Assembly (NCBI GenBank): GCA_964532425.1
Contig: CAZHIA010000002.1
Location: forward strand, 13,945 to 77,944
DNA length: 64,000 nt
Direction: 5' to 3'
From: an uncultured Candidatus Saccharibacteria bacterium
GTDB taxonomy: Bacteria > Patescibacteriota > Doudnabacteria > UBA920
Shown one piece after another: positions 28,025 to 37,856 of this stretch. A program made the position numbers and the translations under genes. The stretch's first letter is position 1. The number at the start of each line of letters is the position of its first letter. Below the pieces are notes generated by a model. It searched no databases. It worked only from the letters and a program-made list of their open reading frames with translations, and was not told the DNA's origin.

Positions 28025-28297
28025 ATGCGAGTTCGCGATAGCGAAGTCTGCCGTGATGGCCAAATCATGGCCTGGATACTACTCTGCTGTGTACCAGCTG
28101 TTTTCATGTTCGAGATCCCTTTCGTAGGCATCGCATGGTTGACCGCTGTAGTCATCATCACCACCCTGATCGGTAACACAGTCGGAGCTTGGGCAGGTAC
28201 GACTTTTTTTATCCTCGCGTACCCACTGACCGTCGTCATCTTCATCGCCTGTATCAAAAAGCCGCTCGCGCGCCGCGAAATCCATCTCTGGAATTAG
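28025..28297 (+). CDS. small membrane protein
   Basis: AAGGAGG SD; two TM helices; 90 aa. Confidence 0.45.
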   Translation: MRVRDSEVCRDGQIMAWILLCCVPAVFMFEIPFVGIAWLTAVVIITTLIGNTVGAWAGTTFFILAYPLTVVIFIACIKKPLARREIHLWN

Positions 28298-28564
28298 AAT
28301 GGACCACATCCACAGAACCCTGGTCTTGCTTGCCGGGGTTTTTTGTTTCCATTGATTTTTGATCGTTAAAATCACGAACGGATAATGTCCGCCCCTATGC
28401 GAAAAAACATCTGAATTATGCGGTAAAATATGGTCTTTTTTGCTGTCTTTTCCTTCACTTTTTGGCCAAAAACATGTATAATTTAAGAACGGATTTAAGA
28501 TTAAAGAATAAGGATTTCAGATAAAAAAACTTAAATCCTCAATCTGAAATCTTCCAACTTTTCC

Positions 28565-29191
28565 ATGCAAATACAATATTTCGGCCTGTCTAGTTTCAAA
28601 ATCACAACCAAGGAAGCGGTAGTTGCCACTGACCCGTTCCATAAGGATTCCGGCCTGGTACCGCCCCGGGGAGCTGCTGATATTATCATCCTGTCTCAAA
28701 AGGAAAAGAACCTTTATTCTGCCGTTTCTGGGTTTTCCGGTGACCCATTTATGATGGATACGCCGGGGGAATACGATGTTAAAGGTGTAACCGTCACCGG
28801 AATTCCGCTTAAGCAAGAGGATAAATATGTCACGGTCGAACTTATCGAAAGCGAGGATATCAGGATCCTGAACCTTTCCCATATCAAGGAATGGAACATG
28901 AAGGAAGACGAAGTGGAAGAATTGGGGGAGATAGACATTCTCATCCTGCCGGTCGGTGGCAACACTGTCCTCTCCGCCGCTGCCGCAGCCAAAGTGGTCA
29001 ACGAAATCGAACCGAAAGTTGTCATTCCCTCGCACTACAAAATGAAAGAATTAATTCTGGACCTCGATCCGCTCGAGAAATTCATCAAGGAAATGGGCGG
29101 TAAGAACGAATCCATGGACAAGCTGACCCTCAAGAAGAAAGACCTGGCCGAAGAGGGGACGAAGGTTGTGGTGTTGGAACCGTTAAGATAG
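28565..29191 (+). CDS. MBL-fold metallo-hydrolase-like protein
   Basis: 208 aa; ...ILILPVGGN...VVIPSHY pattern of metal-dependent hydrolases (beta-lactamase fold). Confidence 0.5.
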   Translation: MQIQYFGLSSFKITTKEAVVATDPFHKDSGLVPPRGAADIIILSQKEKNLYSAVSGFSGDPFMMDTPGEYDVKGVTVTGIPLKQEDKYVTVELIESEDIRILNLSHIKEWNMKEDEVEELGEIDILILPVGGNTVLSAAAAAKVVNEIEPKVVIPSHYKMKELILDLDPLEKFIKEMGGKNESMDKLTLKKKDLAEEGTKVVVLEPLR

Positions 29192-29272
29192 TTAAAAGTT
29201 CAAAGTGAAAAGTTCAAAGTTACTTACAAACCAAGCAATTTTTAATTTTGAATTTTAAATTTTGAATTTACC
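29192..29272. repeat. word-built AT-rich palindromic spacer (TTCAAA words)
   Basis: aagttcaaagtgaaaagttcaaagtt ... aattttgaattttaaattttgaattt. Confidence 0.5.
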
Positions 29273-29482
29273 ATGTCTTGGCTTGAGCGCATTCGGAAAA
29301 AATCACACGATGAAAAAGTTAAACTGATCTGGATCATTTGCGGTTGGACCGCTGCCGTGCTGGTCATTGTCTGGATCGTCTCGGCACATTATGCCAAAAG
29401 ACTCCCGACCGACCCATCCCTGTTTACCACCCTTGGACAAAGTTTCCATGATTTAAAGCAAAACTTTAACAATAACCATTGA
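29273..29482 (+). CDS. small membrane protein
   Basis: 69 aa, one TM helix; flanked by word-palindromes. Confidence 0.35.
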   Translation: MSWLERIRKKSHDEKVKLIWIICGWTAAVLVIVWIVSAHYAKRLPTDPSLFTTLGQSFHDLKQNFNNNH

Positions 29483-29580
29483 CCTTTAACATTTGACATT
29501 TGACAGGGCAGGCCACTGCTTGCTTCGCTGAAGCGAGCCTACACTACGGTCAAAGGTCAAATGTCACATGTTAAATGTAA
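29477..29580. repeat. word-built palindromic spacer (TGACATTT/TTAACA words) upstream of gyrA, contains GGCAGGCCAC motif
   Basis: ccattgacctttaacatttgacatttgaca ... ggtcaaaggtcaaatgtcacatgttaaatgt. Confidence 0.5.
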
Positions 29581-29587
29581 TAACGAA

Positions 29588-32053
29588 ATGCCCAAAGACT
29601 CCAAAACACCCCTCTCAGACAATGTCGGATTGATCCGACCGCGGACCATCGAGTCGGAAATGCAGGAGAGCTACCTGGACTACGCCATGAGTGTGATTGT
29701 CCAGCGCGCCCTGCCTGATGTCCGCGATGGTATCAAGCCAGTACACCGCCGCATCCTCTATGTCATGCATGAGCTCGGCTTGCGCCACAGCGCCAAATTC
29801 CGCAAATCCGCAGCTGTGGTCGGTGACGTGCTTGGTAAATATCACCCGCACGGCGATATTGCCGTATATGATTCCATGGTGCACATGGCGCAGACTTTTG
29901 CCATGCGCTACCCGCTCATCGACGGCCAAGGAAACTTCGGTTCCATGGACGGCGACGGTGCGGCTGCCATGCGGTACACCGAAGCCAGAATGTCGGCCCT
30001 CGCCGAAGAACTATTGACGGATATCGACAAAGACACCATCGACTGGCGCGATAACTACGATGCTACCCGGAAAGAACCTATTGTCCTGCCCGGCAAAGTT
30101 CCAAATCTGCTCCTCAACGGTACGCTCGGCATTGCCGTCGGTATGGCGACTGACATCCCGCCCCATAATTTGAGCGAGCTTTGCGATGCCATCGTCGCGC
30201 TTATTGAAGACCCGGATGTGACCGTGGAAGATTTATTGCAGTTCATCAAAGGGCCGGATTTCCCGACTGGCGGCATTATTTATGATATCAACGCCATCAA
30301 GAACGCCTATGCGACCGGCAAGGGTAGTATTGTTATGCGCGCCAAGACCGAAATTGTCGAGACCAAGACCGGCGCCTTCCAGATCCTCATCCATGAAATC
30401 CCGTACCGCGTCAACAAGGCCACCTTGCTCGAAAAGATTGCCGAACTGGTACGGGACAAAAAACTCGAAGGCATCCGCGACGTGCGCGACGAATCAGACA
30501 AGGACGGCGTCCGCGTGGTTGTCGACCTCAAGAAGGAAGCACTGCCGAACAAAATCCTCAACCAACTCTTCTCCTACACCCAGCTGCAGGAAACCTTCCA
30601 CATGAACATGTTGGCCCTGGTGGACGGCATCGAACCGCACGTACTGAACCTCAAGACCGTGCTGGAAAAGTATTTGGAACACCGCCAGATCGTCGTCCGC
30701 CGCCGCACCGAGTACGAACTCAGGAAAGCCAAGGAACGCGCCCACATTTTGGAAGGCTTGTCCAAGGCGCTCGACCACATCGACGAGATCATCAACACCA
30801 TCAAGAAAAGTCCGACCAAGGAAGAAGCCAAGGTCAACTTGATGAAGAAGTTCAAGTTTACCGAGATTCAGACTGACGCCATTTTAGAAATGCGCCTGCA
30901 GACCCTGGCTGGTTTGGAACGCAAGAAGATCGAGGACGAGTTGAAGGAAAAGAAAGCTCTCATCGCCGAACTCGAAGGCATTCTGCAGTCCAAGAAGAAG
31001 ATCCTTGGCATCATCAAAAAAGAAGTGACCGACCTTAAGGACCGCTTCGGCGACGAACGCCGCACGGCCGTGGTCAAGAACGCAGTCGGCACCTTCTCGG
31101 CTGAAGACCTGATTCCGGAAGAAAGTGTTATTATCACCATCACCAAGTCCGGCTACGTCAAGCGCCTCGCTCCGGACACCTACCGTTTGCAAAGCCGCGG
31201 CGGCAAAGGTGTTATTGGCCAGACCCTCAAGGAAGAGGATGCGGTGGACAAGCTGCTCTCGGCCAACACCCACGATGATATCCTGTTCTTTACCAACAAA
31301 GGCCGCGTCTTCCAGACCAAGGTGTATGAACTGCCCGAAGGCAGCCGCACCAGCCGCGGCCAGGCCCTGGTCAACTTCCTCCAGCTCGGGGCAGGGGAAA
31401 TCGCCACTTCGGTCCTGACCTTAGGTAAGAAAGACGACGCCAAATTCCTGGTCATGGCCACCAGAAACGGCCTTATCAAGAAGACGCCTCGCGAAGAGTT
31501 CACGAAGGTCCGCCGCTCCGGCATGATTGCCATCACCCTCAAGTCCGACGATGAACTCAAGTGGGTAGAATGCTCGGCCGGCGACGACCAGATTATACTC
31601 TCGACCGAAAATGGCCAGGCTATCCGCTTCAAGGAAAAGGATGTTCGCCCCATGGGCAGGAACGCCTCCGGTGTGACCGGTATGCGCCTTAAAAAAGACG
31701 ACAAGATCATCAGCATGGACGTTATCCGCAAGGATGTCGATGTGAAGAACCTGGAAGTGCTGGTTATTACCGAAAATGGCCTTGGCAAGAAGACCGACTT
31801 GTCCTTCTACAAAATCCAGAATCGCGCCGGCAGCGGCATCAAGACGCTGAAGGTCACCCCGAAGACCGGGCGCATCGTGTCCATGTACATCCTCGACAGC
31901 AAAGAAGAACACGACCTGGTCATGATCAGCAAGGCCGGCCAGACCATCCGCACCCCGCTCAACTCCGTTTCCACTTTGGGCCGGGCTACGCAAGGAGTCA
32001 GGGTTATGAGACTCGACGATGGAGACAAGGTTGCCAGTGCCACGATCATCTAA
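29588..32053 (+). CDS. gyrA: DNA gyrase subunit A
   Basis: [27 protein letters not shown], active-site Tyr region (AAMRYTE), C-terminal beta-pinwheel repeats; ATG 29588 chosen over 29561 (which lies in the palindrome). Confidence 0.9.
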   Translation: MPKDSKTPLSDNVGLIRPRTIESEMQESYLDYAMSVIVQRALPDVRDGIKPVHRRILYVMHELGLRHSAKFRKSAAVVGDVLGKYHPHGDIAVYDSMVHMAQTFAMRYPLIDGQGNFGSMDGDGAAAMRYTEARMSALAEELLTDIDKDTIDWRDNYDATRKEPIVLPGKVPNLLLNGTLGIAVGMATDIPPHNLSELCDAIVALIEDPDVTVEDLLQFIKGPDFPTGGIIYDINAIKNAYATGKGSIVMRAKTEIVETKTGAFQILIHEIPYRVNKATLLEKIAELVRDKKLEGIRDVRDESDKDGVRVVVDLKKEALPNKILNQLFSYTQLQETFHMNMLALVDGIEPHVLNLKTVLEKYLEHRQIVVRRRTEYELRKAKERAHILEGLSKALDHIDEIINTIKKSPTKEEAKVNLMKKFKFTEIQTDAILEMRLQTLAGLERKKIEDELKEKKALIAELEGILQSKKKILGIIKKEVTDLKDRFGDERRTAVVKNAVGTFSAEDLIPEESVIITITKSGYVKRLAPDTYRLQSRGGKGVIGQTLKEEDAVDKLLSANTHDDILFFTNKGRVFQTKVYELPEGSRTSRGQALVNFLQLGAGEIATSVLTLGKKDDAKFLVMATRNGLIKKTPREEFTKVRRSGMIAITLKSDDELKWVECSAGDDQIILSTENGQAIRFKEKDVRPMGRNASGVTGMRLKKDDKIISMDVIRKDVDVKNLEVLVITENGLGKKTDLSFYKIQNRAGSGIKTLKVTPKTGRIVSMYILDSKEEHDLVMISKAGQTIRTPLNSVSTLGRATQGVRVMRLDDGDKVASATII

Positions 32054-32062
32054 TGTTTTCTC

Positions 32063-32099
32063 GTAGGGGACGGTCGCGACCGTCCCCTACATTTTTTTA
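32063..32099 (+). terminator. intrinsic terminator after gyrA
   Basis: gtaggggacggtcgcgaccgtcccctac + atttttttat. Confidence 0.7.
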
Positions 32100-32103
32100 T
32101 CAC

Positions 32104-32697
32104 ATGATCACTACCATCATTTTCGACTTCGGCGGCGTCATCGCCACAGACACCATCGATTTATTCGAACAAAAGTTTCAATTCAACCGCTTACCGCCGA
32201 AAAAACGCGTCATATATGAGAATGCTGTCAAACAGTGCGAGCTCGGCCGTATCAGTAGGCAAGGGTTATTTGTAGTTATGCGGGAAATATTTACTCCCCA
32301 TCTCAGTACAACAGAAATAGAACGCTGGTTGCTCGACCATGCCAAAACCCTTCCTCCCTACCGACTAATCGGCAAGCTGCGCAAAAACTACCGCATCATG
32401 ATCATTTCCAACAACTTCAAACATTGGCCGGCCAAAATGTGCAAAAGCTTAGACATCACACTTACCGGCATCCCGTTCGTCAACTCCGCCCTTATTGGCA
32501 GCCGCAAACAGGATGGTGCTGCCTTCCGCTATGCGATAAAAGAATACAAACTGGACCCCTCATCCTGTGTATTCATCGACGACCGGCCGTACAACATAAA
32601 ACCGGCCAAACATTTGGAGTTTAAAACCATTTTATATAAAGGCAATATTACTGATCTCAAATCCCAACTTAAAAAAGCCGGAATTACAACCCTTTAA
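32104..32697 (+). CDS. HAD-superfamily hydrolase
   Basis: IIFDFGGVI motif I (DxG) at N-terminus; start placed after terminator. Confidence 0.55.
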   Translation: MITTIIFDFGGVIATDTIDLFEQKFQFNRLPPKKRVIYENAVKQCELGRISRQGLFVVMREIFTPHLSTTEIERWLLDHAKTLPPYRLIGKLRKNYRIMIISNNFKHWPAKMCKSLDITLTGIPFVNSALIGSRKQDGAAFRYAIKEYKLDPSSCVFIDDRPYNIKPAKHLEFKTILYKGNITDLKSQLKKAGITTL

Positions 32698-32733
32698 AAG
32701 AACCGGGGAATGTTTTATAATACCCTAAGCTAT

Positions 32734-32809
32734 GGGCGTATAGCTCAGTTGGTAGAGCGGACGTCTTATACACGTCTGGTCCTAGGTTCGAGTCCTAGTA
32801 CGCCCACCA
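32734..32809 (+). tRNA. tRNA with anticodon TAT (tRNA-Ile UAU, AUA-decoding), CCA encoded
   Basis: GGGCGTATAGCTCAGTTGGTAGAGCGGACGTCTTATACACGTCTGGTCCTAGGTTCGAGTCCTAGTACGCCCACCA; anticodon loop CTTATAC. Confidence 0.8.
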
Positions 32810-32825
32810 CTGACAAACCTTGTAA

Positions 32826-32849
32826 ACTCCCCTGAAGGGGAGTTTTTTG
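32826..32849 (+). terminator. intrinsic terminator after tRNA
   Basis: actcccc tgaa ggggagt + tttttg. Confidence 0.65.
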
Positions 32850-32886
32850 GTATAATATAAATGTCAAAACACTGATAGAAACAAAA

Positions 32887-34503
32887 ATGCCTCTGAAAAA
32901 GAATTTAAGTATTGCGGTACTTATTTTGGTGGCGGCCATGCTGGTCGCCAGCGTTTTTGCGTTCAAAGGAAGCCAGCAACCACCGATCCAACAACCACTG
33001 TCACAGGACGAGGTCGCCAAACTGGTCAAGCCTTCCGTGGTCCGCATTATCAGCCACATTACCGGGCATGTCACCATACCCGCGTTTGATTTTAACACCT
33101 CCGACCTATCCTTCGCTCCTATTCCCGGCAAAACCTTCAAAGATGAAGATGTGAATGAGTATTACTCAGGGAGCGGGTTCATTGTCAATCCTGACGGCTA
33201 CATCGTAACCAACTCCCACGTGGTCTCATTGGAAACCCTAAAAAACGACTACATTGAACAGATTGGGGAGAAAGTTATTGATGACAAAACAAAAGACCTG
33301 ACCGACGCCCAGCTGTTGGAGATTTTCAAGGACCGGGAGACGGCGTTTGACTTCCAGAACCGGCTGGTAGCGTTCGTCAAAAGCCGCAGCACGTTCAAAC
33401 TCACTTCAACCATAACCGTTCTCAACCCCACTTCCCAATACGAATCCCTTAAAGACCTTATCGCATTTGGCTTTCCCGCCACCACAGTCAGCGTAAACGA
33501 CAATTATTGGGATGATGAAAAAGATGTGGCATTGATCCACATCAACCAAAAAGACTTGCCAGCCATGGCGATCGGTGATTCGGCAGCTGCCAATGTCGGC
33601 GAACGCATTGTCGTGTTCGGTTTCCCGGCCACGGCGGAATTCAACAGCAGAAACCCGCTTGAATCGACCTTTACCCAGGGGATTATTAGCGCGAGCAAAT
33701 ATTCGGAAGGCAAGGACTTTTCCATTCTCCAGACCGACGCAAAAATATCAGAAGGCTCAAGCGGCGGCCCGTTACTGGACAATACAGGCAACGCCATCGG
33801 CATCATCACGTTTCAAACCGGGTCCGGAAACCGGGACGCAGGCGATAATTTTGCCTTTGCCCTGCCCACACAGCTGATTACCACCATGCTGGACAAAAAC
33901 GGCGTTACAAACCAGCCGGGCAGCTACTATCAGCATTTTCAGCAAGGCCTGTTCCTCTACCACGCAGGCATGTGCCAGGAAGCATTGAAAGAACTCGCCG
34001 CAGCCGCGGCCAATTCCGCCTTTGGGGCGGACCGAGCTACCAAGCCGTATGTCGAAAAATGCGGGCAACTGATCGCGAGCGGAAAATCCGTAGATACGAC
34101 ATGGCAGCGCAATTTAAGCAAACTCAAGACAGTCAACGGATTCGCCTGGTTTGTCATACTCGGCAGACTACTGTTGGTTGCCATCGGCATGTGGTGCATC
34201 ACTATCTTGGTCAAACAAATGAACCGAGATGAGCAGGAGATCACTGTCATTTCAGAAAGTCTGGCGGAAGAAAAGCGGCTCGCCGCGCGTTTATTGGAAG
34301 AGCTGGGCAAGCGGGGCATTATACTTCCCGTGCCCGATGAAGAAATCCACGCCGAGCACCGGATAGCCCTGGATATCCCTCACCCCCACCTCCAGGAATT
34401 CGTTCAGGAAGCCAGGTCAGTTGGATTAAAAGATGAGCAGATCGCGGAAGAATTGAAGAAGGTCAGTTGGGATCCCGGTGAGATTGCCGCCGCCTTAAAA
34501 TAG
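32887..34503 (+). CDS. trypsin-like serine protease (S1 family) with C-terminal TM/extra domain
   Basis: N-terminal signal anchor; catalytic triad contexts TNSHVV, DVALI, SEGSSGGPLL. Confidence 0.75.
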   Translation: MPLKKNLSIAVLILVAAMLVASVFAFKGSQQPPIQQPLSQDEVAKLVKPSVVRIISHITGHVTIPAFDFNTSDLSFAPIPGKTFKDEDVNEYYSGSGFIVNPDGYIVTNSHVVSLETLKNDYIEQIGEKVIDDKTKDLTDAQLLEIFKDRETAFDFQNRLVAFVKSRSTFKLTSTITVLNPTSQYESLKDLIAFGFPATTVSVNDNYWDDEKDVALIHINQKDLPAMAIGDSAAANVGERIVVFGFPATAEFNSRNPLESTFTQGIISASKYSEGKDFSILQTDAKISEGSSGGPLLDNTGNAIGIITFQTGSGNRDAGDNFAFALPTQLITTMLDKNGVTNQPGSYYQHFQQGLFLYHAGMCQEALKELAAAAANSAFGADRATKPYVEKCGQLIASGKSVDTTWQRNLSKLKTVNGFAWFVILGRLLLVAIGMWCITILVKQMNRDEQEITVISESLAEEKRLAARLLEELGKRGIILPVPDEEIHAEHRIALDIPHPHLQEFVQEARSVGLKDEQIAEELKKVSWDPGEIAAALK

Positions 34504-34518
34504 CAGTATACTACCCGC

Positions 34519-34710
34519 ATGCCTGCAGGAGGATCGTTCGTTCTTAAGCTGGACACCATTGCCGCCGCCGCTGCCCAGCTGCTGCAGTGGCTTGATTCCG
34601 CCTACCGGATGCTATCACCAATGGCCTGGGAACTCATTCTCACGCTCTTTGCCCTCTTAGCATACCTGGTCTACCAAAGCTACCGGAACCCTTCGGATGA
34701 AGAAACCTAA
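34519..34710 (+). CDS. small membrane protein
   Basis: 63 aa, one TM helix; 16 nt after protease stop. Confidence 0.35.
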   Translation: MPAGGSFVLKLDTIAAAAAQLLQWLDSAYRMLSPMAWELILTLFALLAYLVYQSYRNPSDEET

Positions 34711-34752
34711 AAACTGGACACCTGATCCTGTTAAGAACACCTCATAACCTTT

Positions 34753-34786
34753 CCCCGCCACCTCGCACGGTGGCGGGGTTTTATAT
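34753..34786 (+). terminator. intrinsic terminator
   Basis: ccccgccacc tcgcac ggtggcgggg + ttttatat. Confidence 0.7.
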
Positions 34787-34790
34787 ATTA

Positions 34791-34870
34791 TTCCTACGAA
34801 CTTACGAATTACTCGAACTGCGAATAACGCACTAGTTCGTATCTCGCTTTTGTTCGTAAGTTCGTAGGAA
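34791..34870. repeat. word-built palindrome (TACGAA/TTCGTA words)
   Basis: ttcctacgaacttacgaattactcgaa ... ttcgtaagttcgtaggaa. Confidence 0.55.
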
Positions 34871-35013
34871 CTGAGCCATCCATTTCAGATAAAAGATACT
34901 CTTATGACTTTATTATCTCCTTATAGGCCAAGTTGACATCGAAACGGATTAAGATTATCCTGACCTGTAGCGCAAAAACGGTTAGACCGTCAGTAAATAT
35001 GTAAGGAGGGATA

Positions 35014-35442
35014 ATGAAACAGATCGCATTAATGGCACTGGTCGTACTCGGTTCCTGCTCGGCGATTTCATGCATAGCCTGGCATTCAGGGCCGGTCCAC
35101 GGCGGAGCAGGAGGCATTGCCGTTCCAGGAAAGATATGGCGGACGAAGAAAGACACCCTAAATCTTCAGACCGTCGAAGGGGTGGTGACCAAAGCCGAAC
35201 CCATGCTGCTTACCACCACGCTCACCGACCTAAGCGGAGCAGCCGCCACCAGCCAGAACGTCAGCCCGCCGCTCGACGCCGTTCGACTCACTTTTGAAGA
35301 CAACACGACCATGGTCTTTGTCGGGGCCGAAGCCCGTATATTCGAACCTAAAAAGTACCACGAGATCGAGTTTGTAACAGAAGGAACCATAAACCGCATC
35401 CGCGGTCTCGCGATTGAAGGGAAGGAGATAAAACTCCGCTGA
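35014..35442 (+). CDS. hypothetical secreted protein
   Basis: AAGGAGGG SD; signal peptide with Cys (lipoprotein-like LGSCSA). Confidence 0.5.
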   Translation: MKQIALMALVVLGSCSAISCIAWHSGPVHGGAGGIAVPGKIWRTKKDTLNLQTVEGVVTKAEPMLLTTTLTDLSGAAATSQNVSPPLDAVRLTFEDNTTMVFVGAEARIFEPKKYHEIEFVTEGTINRIRGLAIEGKEIKLR

Positions 35443-35466
35443 CCACCTCCGGGTGGTCTTTTTATA
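35441..35466 (+). terminator. intrinsic terminator
   Basis: gaccacc tccg ggtggtc + tttttat. Confidence 0.6.
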
Positions 35467-35589
35467 TAGATGAGAATTGAAGAACGTAGATCAGGAGCGG
35501 ACCGAAATATAGTCCATTAAAAATATAATTTTGGCCAGGAACATCCGTCTGTTGTACTGCAACTCTTAATTACAAGGAGCTTCCCATAT

Positions 35590-36114
35590 ATGCCTAATGT
35601 TGTCGGTGTTTTCCGCGATACCCATGCGGCTGAGCAGGCGATTACCCAGCTGCGTGAAAACGGGGTGGCGGATAAGAATATTTCGTTTGCATTTATTAAC
35701 AAAGAAGGAAAAACCGAAACCCAAACCGCAACCGGGGAACATGTGGCCTCAGGAGCCGCATCCGGCATCGGCACCGGAGCTATTATCGGGGCGATTGCCG
35801 GCCTGGCGGTGGCAAACGGGATCCTGCCAGGACTTGGAACAATTTTTGTAGGCGGTGCGCTCGCCACCAGCCTAGGCCTCACCGGCGCAGCAGCCACCAC
35901 CGCAGCCGGAGCCATTACCGGCGCAGCAGCAGGCGGGGTTATTGGCGCATTTACCGGCCTGGGCATGAAAGATGAAGATGCCCGTCGCTATGAAGAACGG
36001 GTAAAAAACGGTGACGTGGTCGTCATTGCCCACACGGATGATCCGGATGCAAAAACCGTTATGGAACAGCATGGTGCCGAAGATGTCAATGAATATGAAA
36101 CTACAACTGCATAA
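35590..36114 (+). CDS. general stress protein 17M-like / glycine-zipper membrane protein
   Basis: AAGGAG SD; N-terminal VGVFRDTHAAEQAITQL domain, Gly/Ala-rich zipper, acidic C-terminus. Confidence 0.45.
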   Translation: MPNVVGVFRDTHAAEQAITQLRENGVADKNISFAFINKEGKTETQTATGEHVASGAASGIGTGAIIGAIAGLAVANGILPGLGTIFVGGALATSLGLTGAAATTAAGAITGAAAGGVIGAFTGLGMKDEDARRYEERVKNGDVVVIAHTDDPDAKTVMEQHGAEDVNEYETTTA

Positions 36115-36115
36115 A

Positions 36116-36148
36116 AAACGGCTACCTGGTTCCAGGTAGCCGTTTTGT
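36116..36148. terminator. bidirectional intrinsic terminator
   Basis: acggctacctgg ttcc aggtagccgt + tttg. Confidence 0.6.
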
Positions 36149-36612
36149 CATTTGATGCCGCCATTTCGGCGGCTCTCAATTTCCATGAACCTGGCAATGA
36201 CCTGGTAATGGGAAAATCCCACATCAGCCGGATTAAGTTCGCGTGGCCGTACCAGTGCAATTCCATGCACCTCAGTTGGATTTGGCCGAAGAGCAGGCCA
36301 CGAAGCGAGGCGGAGCACATACACCTGCGAAATATGCCTACCCGGGCGAGGATCGAGATTTTCAAGCTCCATAAAGAACTCTAAATCTCCCTGATCGGAC
36401 ACCAGTAGTCCAAGCTCTTCGCGCAACTCGCGGCAGCACGCGCTCTCAAAAGTCAGATCACCCGGTTCCACGTGGCCGCCCGGCAATACCAACTTGTCGA
36501 GGAACGGCTCTGTCCCGCGCCGTATCAGCAGCACGCGGCCATCCGGAACCACAATCAAGCAATCCACCGTGTGCACAATGGGAGCTGTGGCGTTATAAGA
36601 ACGAGACATCAA
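36148..36612 (-). CDS. NUDIX hydrolase
   Basis: Nudix box GGHVEPGDLTFESACCRELREELGL. Confidence 0.75.
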   Translation of the reverse strand: MMSRSYNATAPIVHTVDCLIVVPDGRVLLIRRGTEPFLDKLVLPGGHVEPGDLTFESACCRELREELGLLVSDQGDLEFFMELENLDPRPGRHISQVYVLRLASWPALRPNPTEVHGIALVRPRELNPADVGFSHYQVIARFMEIESRRNGGIK

Positions 36613-36905
36613 CCACCCCTCCTTTCCATGAGATCATTCTGCTCTTTTTTCTTCTTCATCTCCCAAGGCGTAATGCCAATTTGCCATTCAGGATACAACA
36701 GCTGCCCGCAACTCGGGCACCGCAGGGAGTAGTGCCACTGGCCGTCACAATCCTCGCGCATGACAATGTCATCCAGAGTGATCTCAATAACTGCAAAACA
36801 GCCATCCACCCGGTTGAGCCCTCCAGCCCAGGCACAGACCGGGTGGGCGCAGCGCACCTTTACAGTCCAGGGAGCAGGGGACTTGCCTTCCAGTATCGTT
36901 GCCAT
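36609..36905 (-). CDS. hypothetical Cys-rich zinc-ribbon protein
   Basis: 98 aa with CxxC...CPSCG; 4-nt overlap (ATGA) with NUDIX gene. Confidence 0.45.
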   Translation of the reverse strand: MATILEGKSPAPWTVKVRCAHPVCAWAGGLNRVDGCFAVIEITLDDIVMREDCDGQWHYSLRCPSCGQLLYPEWQIGITPWEMKKKKEQNDLMERRGG

Positions 36906-37041
36906 AATCCTCCTTTACTCTTTTAATGAGCCTCACATTTGCAGTATTGCACAGGTGGGGAATAAAAGTGGATAACTTTTCGGTGTTTGTTTGCAAGAAA
37001 ATATTAAAACCTTTAAAGTAAAAGGGTAATTGAGTGTAAAT

Positions 37042-37062
37042 TATTACGAAATTTTTCGTAAT
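37042..37062. promoter_or_regulatory. perfect palindrome ATTACGAAAtTTTCGTAAT immediately upstream of TrmB paralog 2 (candidate operator)
   Basis: ends 2 nt before ATG 37064; same TACGAA word as palindrome 34791-34870. Confidence 0.35.
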
Positions 37063-37063
37063 T

Positions 37064-37831
37064 ATGGTAGATTTCTCTCAAAACAAGGAGATCTCAGAGG
37101 TACTGGCTGGCTTTGGTCTGCATGATACAGACCAGCGGGTATATCTCGCTGCGCTTCCACTCGGACAAACCAATCTGGTTCCTCTGGCCCAAGCTGCATC
37201 ACTGCCGCTGACCACCGTCCAATCCATCGCCCAACGCCTGGAAAGACGGGGATTTTTCCTCGTAAGCAAAAAAGGATCACGCTCTACTTACGAGGCGGCC
37301 GACCCCGCCATGCTCGAACAGATCTTGTCGCGGCAAACCCGGGATCTCAAAGCCATAACCCCGCTGCTGGCCAGCCTAAAAGAACACAAAGGTGGGGAGG
37401 CGGGCATCCGCGTCTACCGCGGCGAGCGCATGCGCGATATTTTTTATGAGATTTTAAACAGCCGGGAAAAAATAGTTTATGAGATAGTCTCAGCCAAGGA
37501 CATCCAGGCTATCATGGGGGAAAAATTGCACTTCAGCAGACGGCGGGTTGAAAAGGGTATCCACTTAAAGAGCCTGCGTATTGAAAACAAGGAGATTAAG
37601 AAATACTCGCCCCGCATCCACGCCAAAGAACTGCGCGAGGCGCGCTTTCTGCCTAAGGAATTGGCTTTTAAGACCTCAATCATCCTTTGGGGAACCAGTA
37701 TTGCCTACTTTACTACCTACGAAGAAGGCCTGGCCTGGACCGTGCAGAGCAATGCCATGGCCGAGAGTTTCAAGCAACTGTTCAACCTGTTATGGATGAT
37801 CAGCCGACCAATGATCACCCTGAAAGAATAA
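37064..37831 (+). CDS. TrmB-family transcriptional regulator (paralog 2)
   Basis: HTH (DQRVYLAALPLGQTNLVPLAQAASLPLTTVQSIAQRLERRGFF) and TrmB C-domain; similar to 3199 gene. Confidence 0.65.
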   Translation: MVDFSQNKEISEVLAGFGLHDTDQRVYLAALPLGQTNLVPLAQAASLPLTTVQSIAQRLERRGFFLVSKKGSRSTYEAADPAMLEQILSRQTRDLKAITPLLASLKEHKGGEAGIRVYRGERMRDIFYEILNSREKIVYEIVSAKDIQAIMGEKLHFSRRRVEKGIHLKSLRIENKEIKKYSPRIHAKELREARFLPKELAFKTSIILWGTSIAYFTTYEEGLAWTVQSNAMAESFKQLFNLLWMISRPMITLKE

Positions 37832-37856
37832 TCTTAAGAATTTTTTTTTTGCTCTT

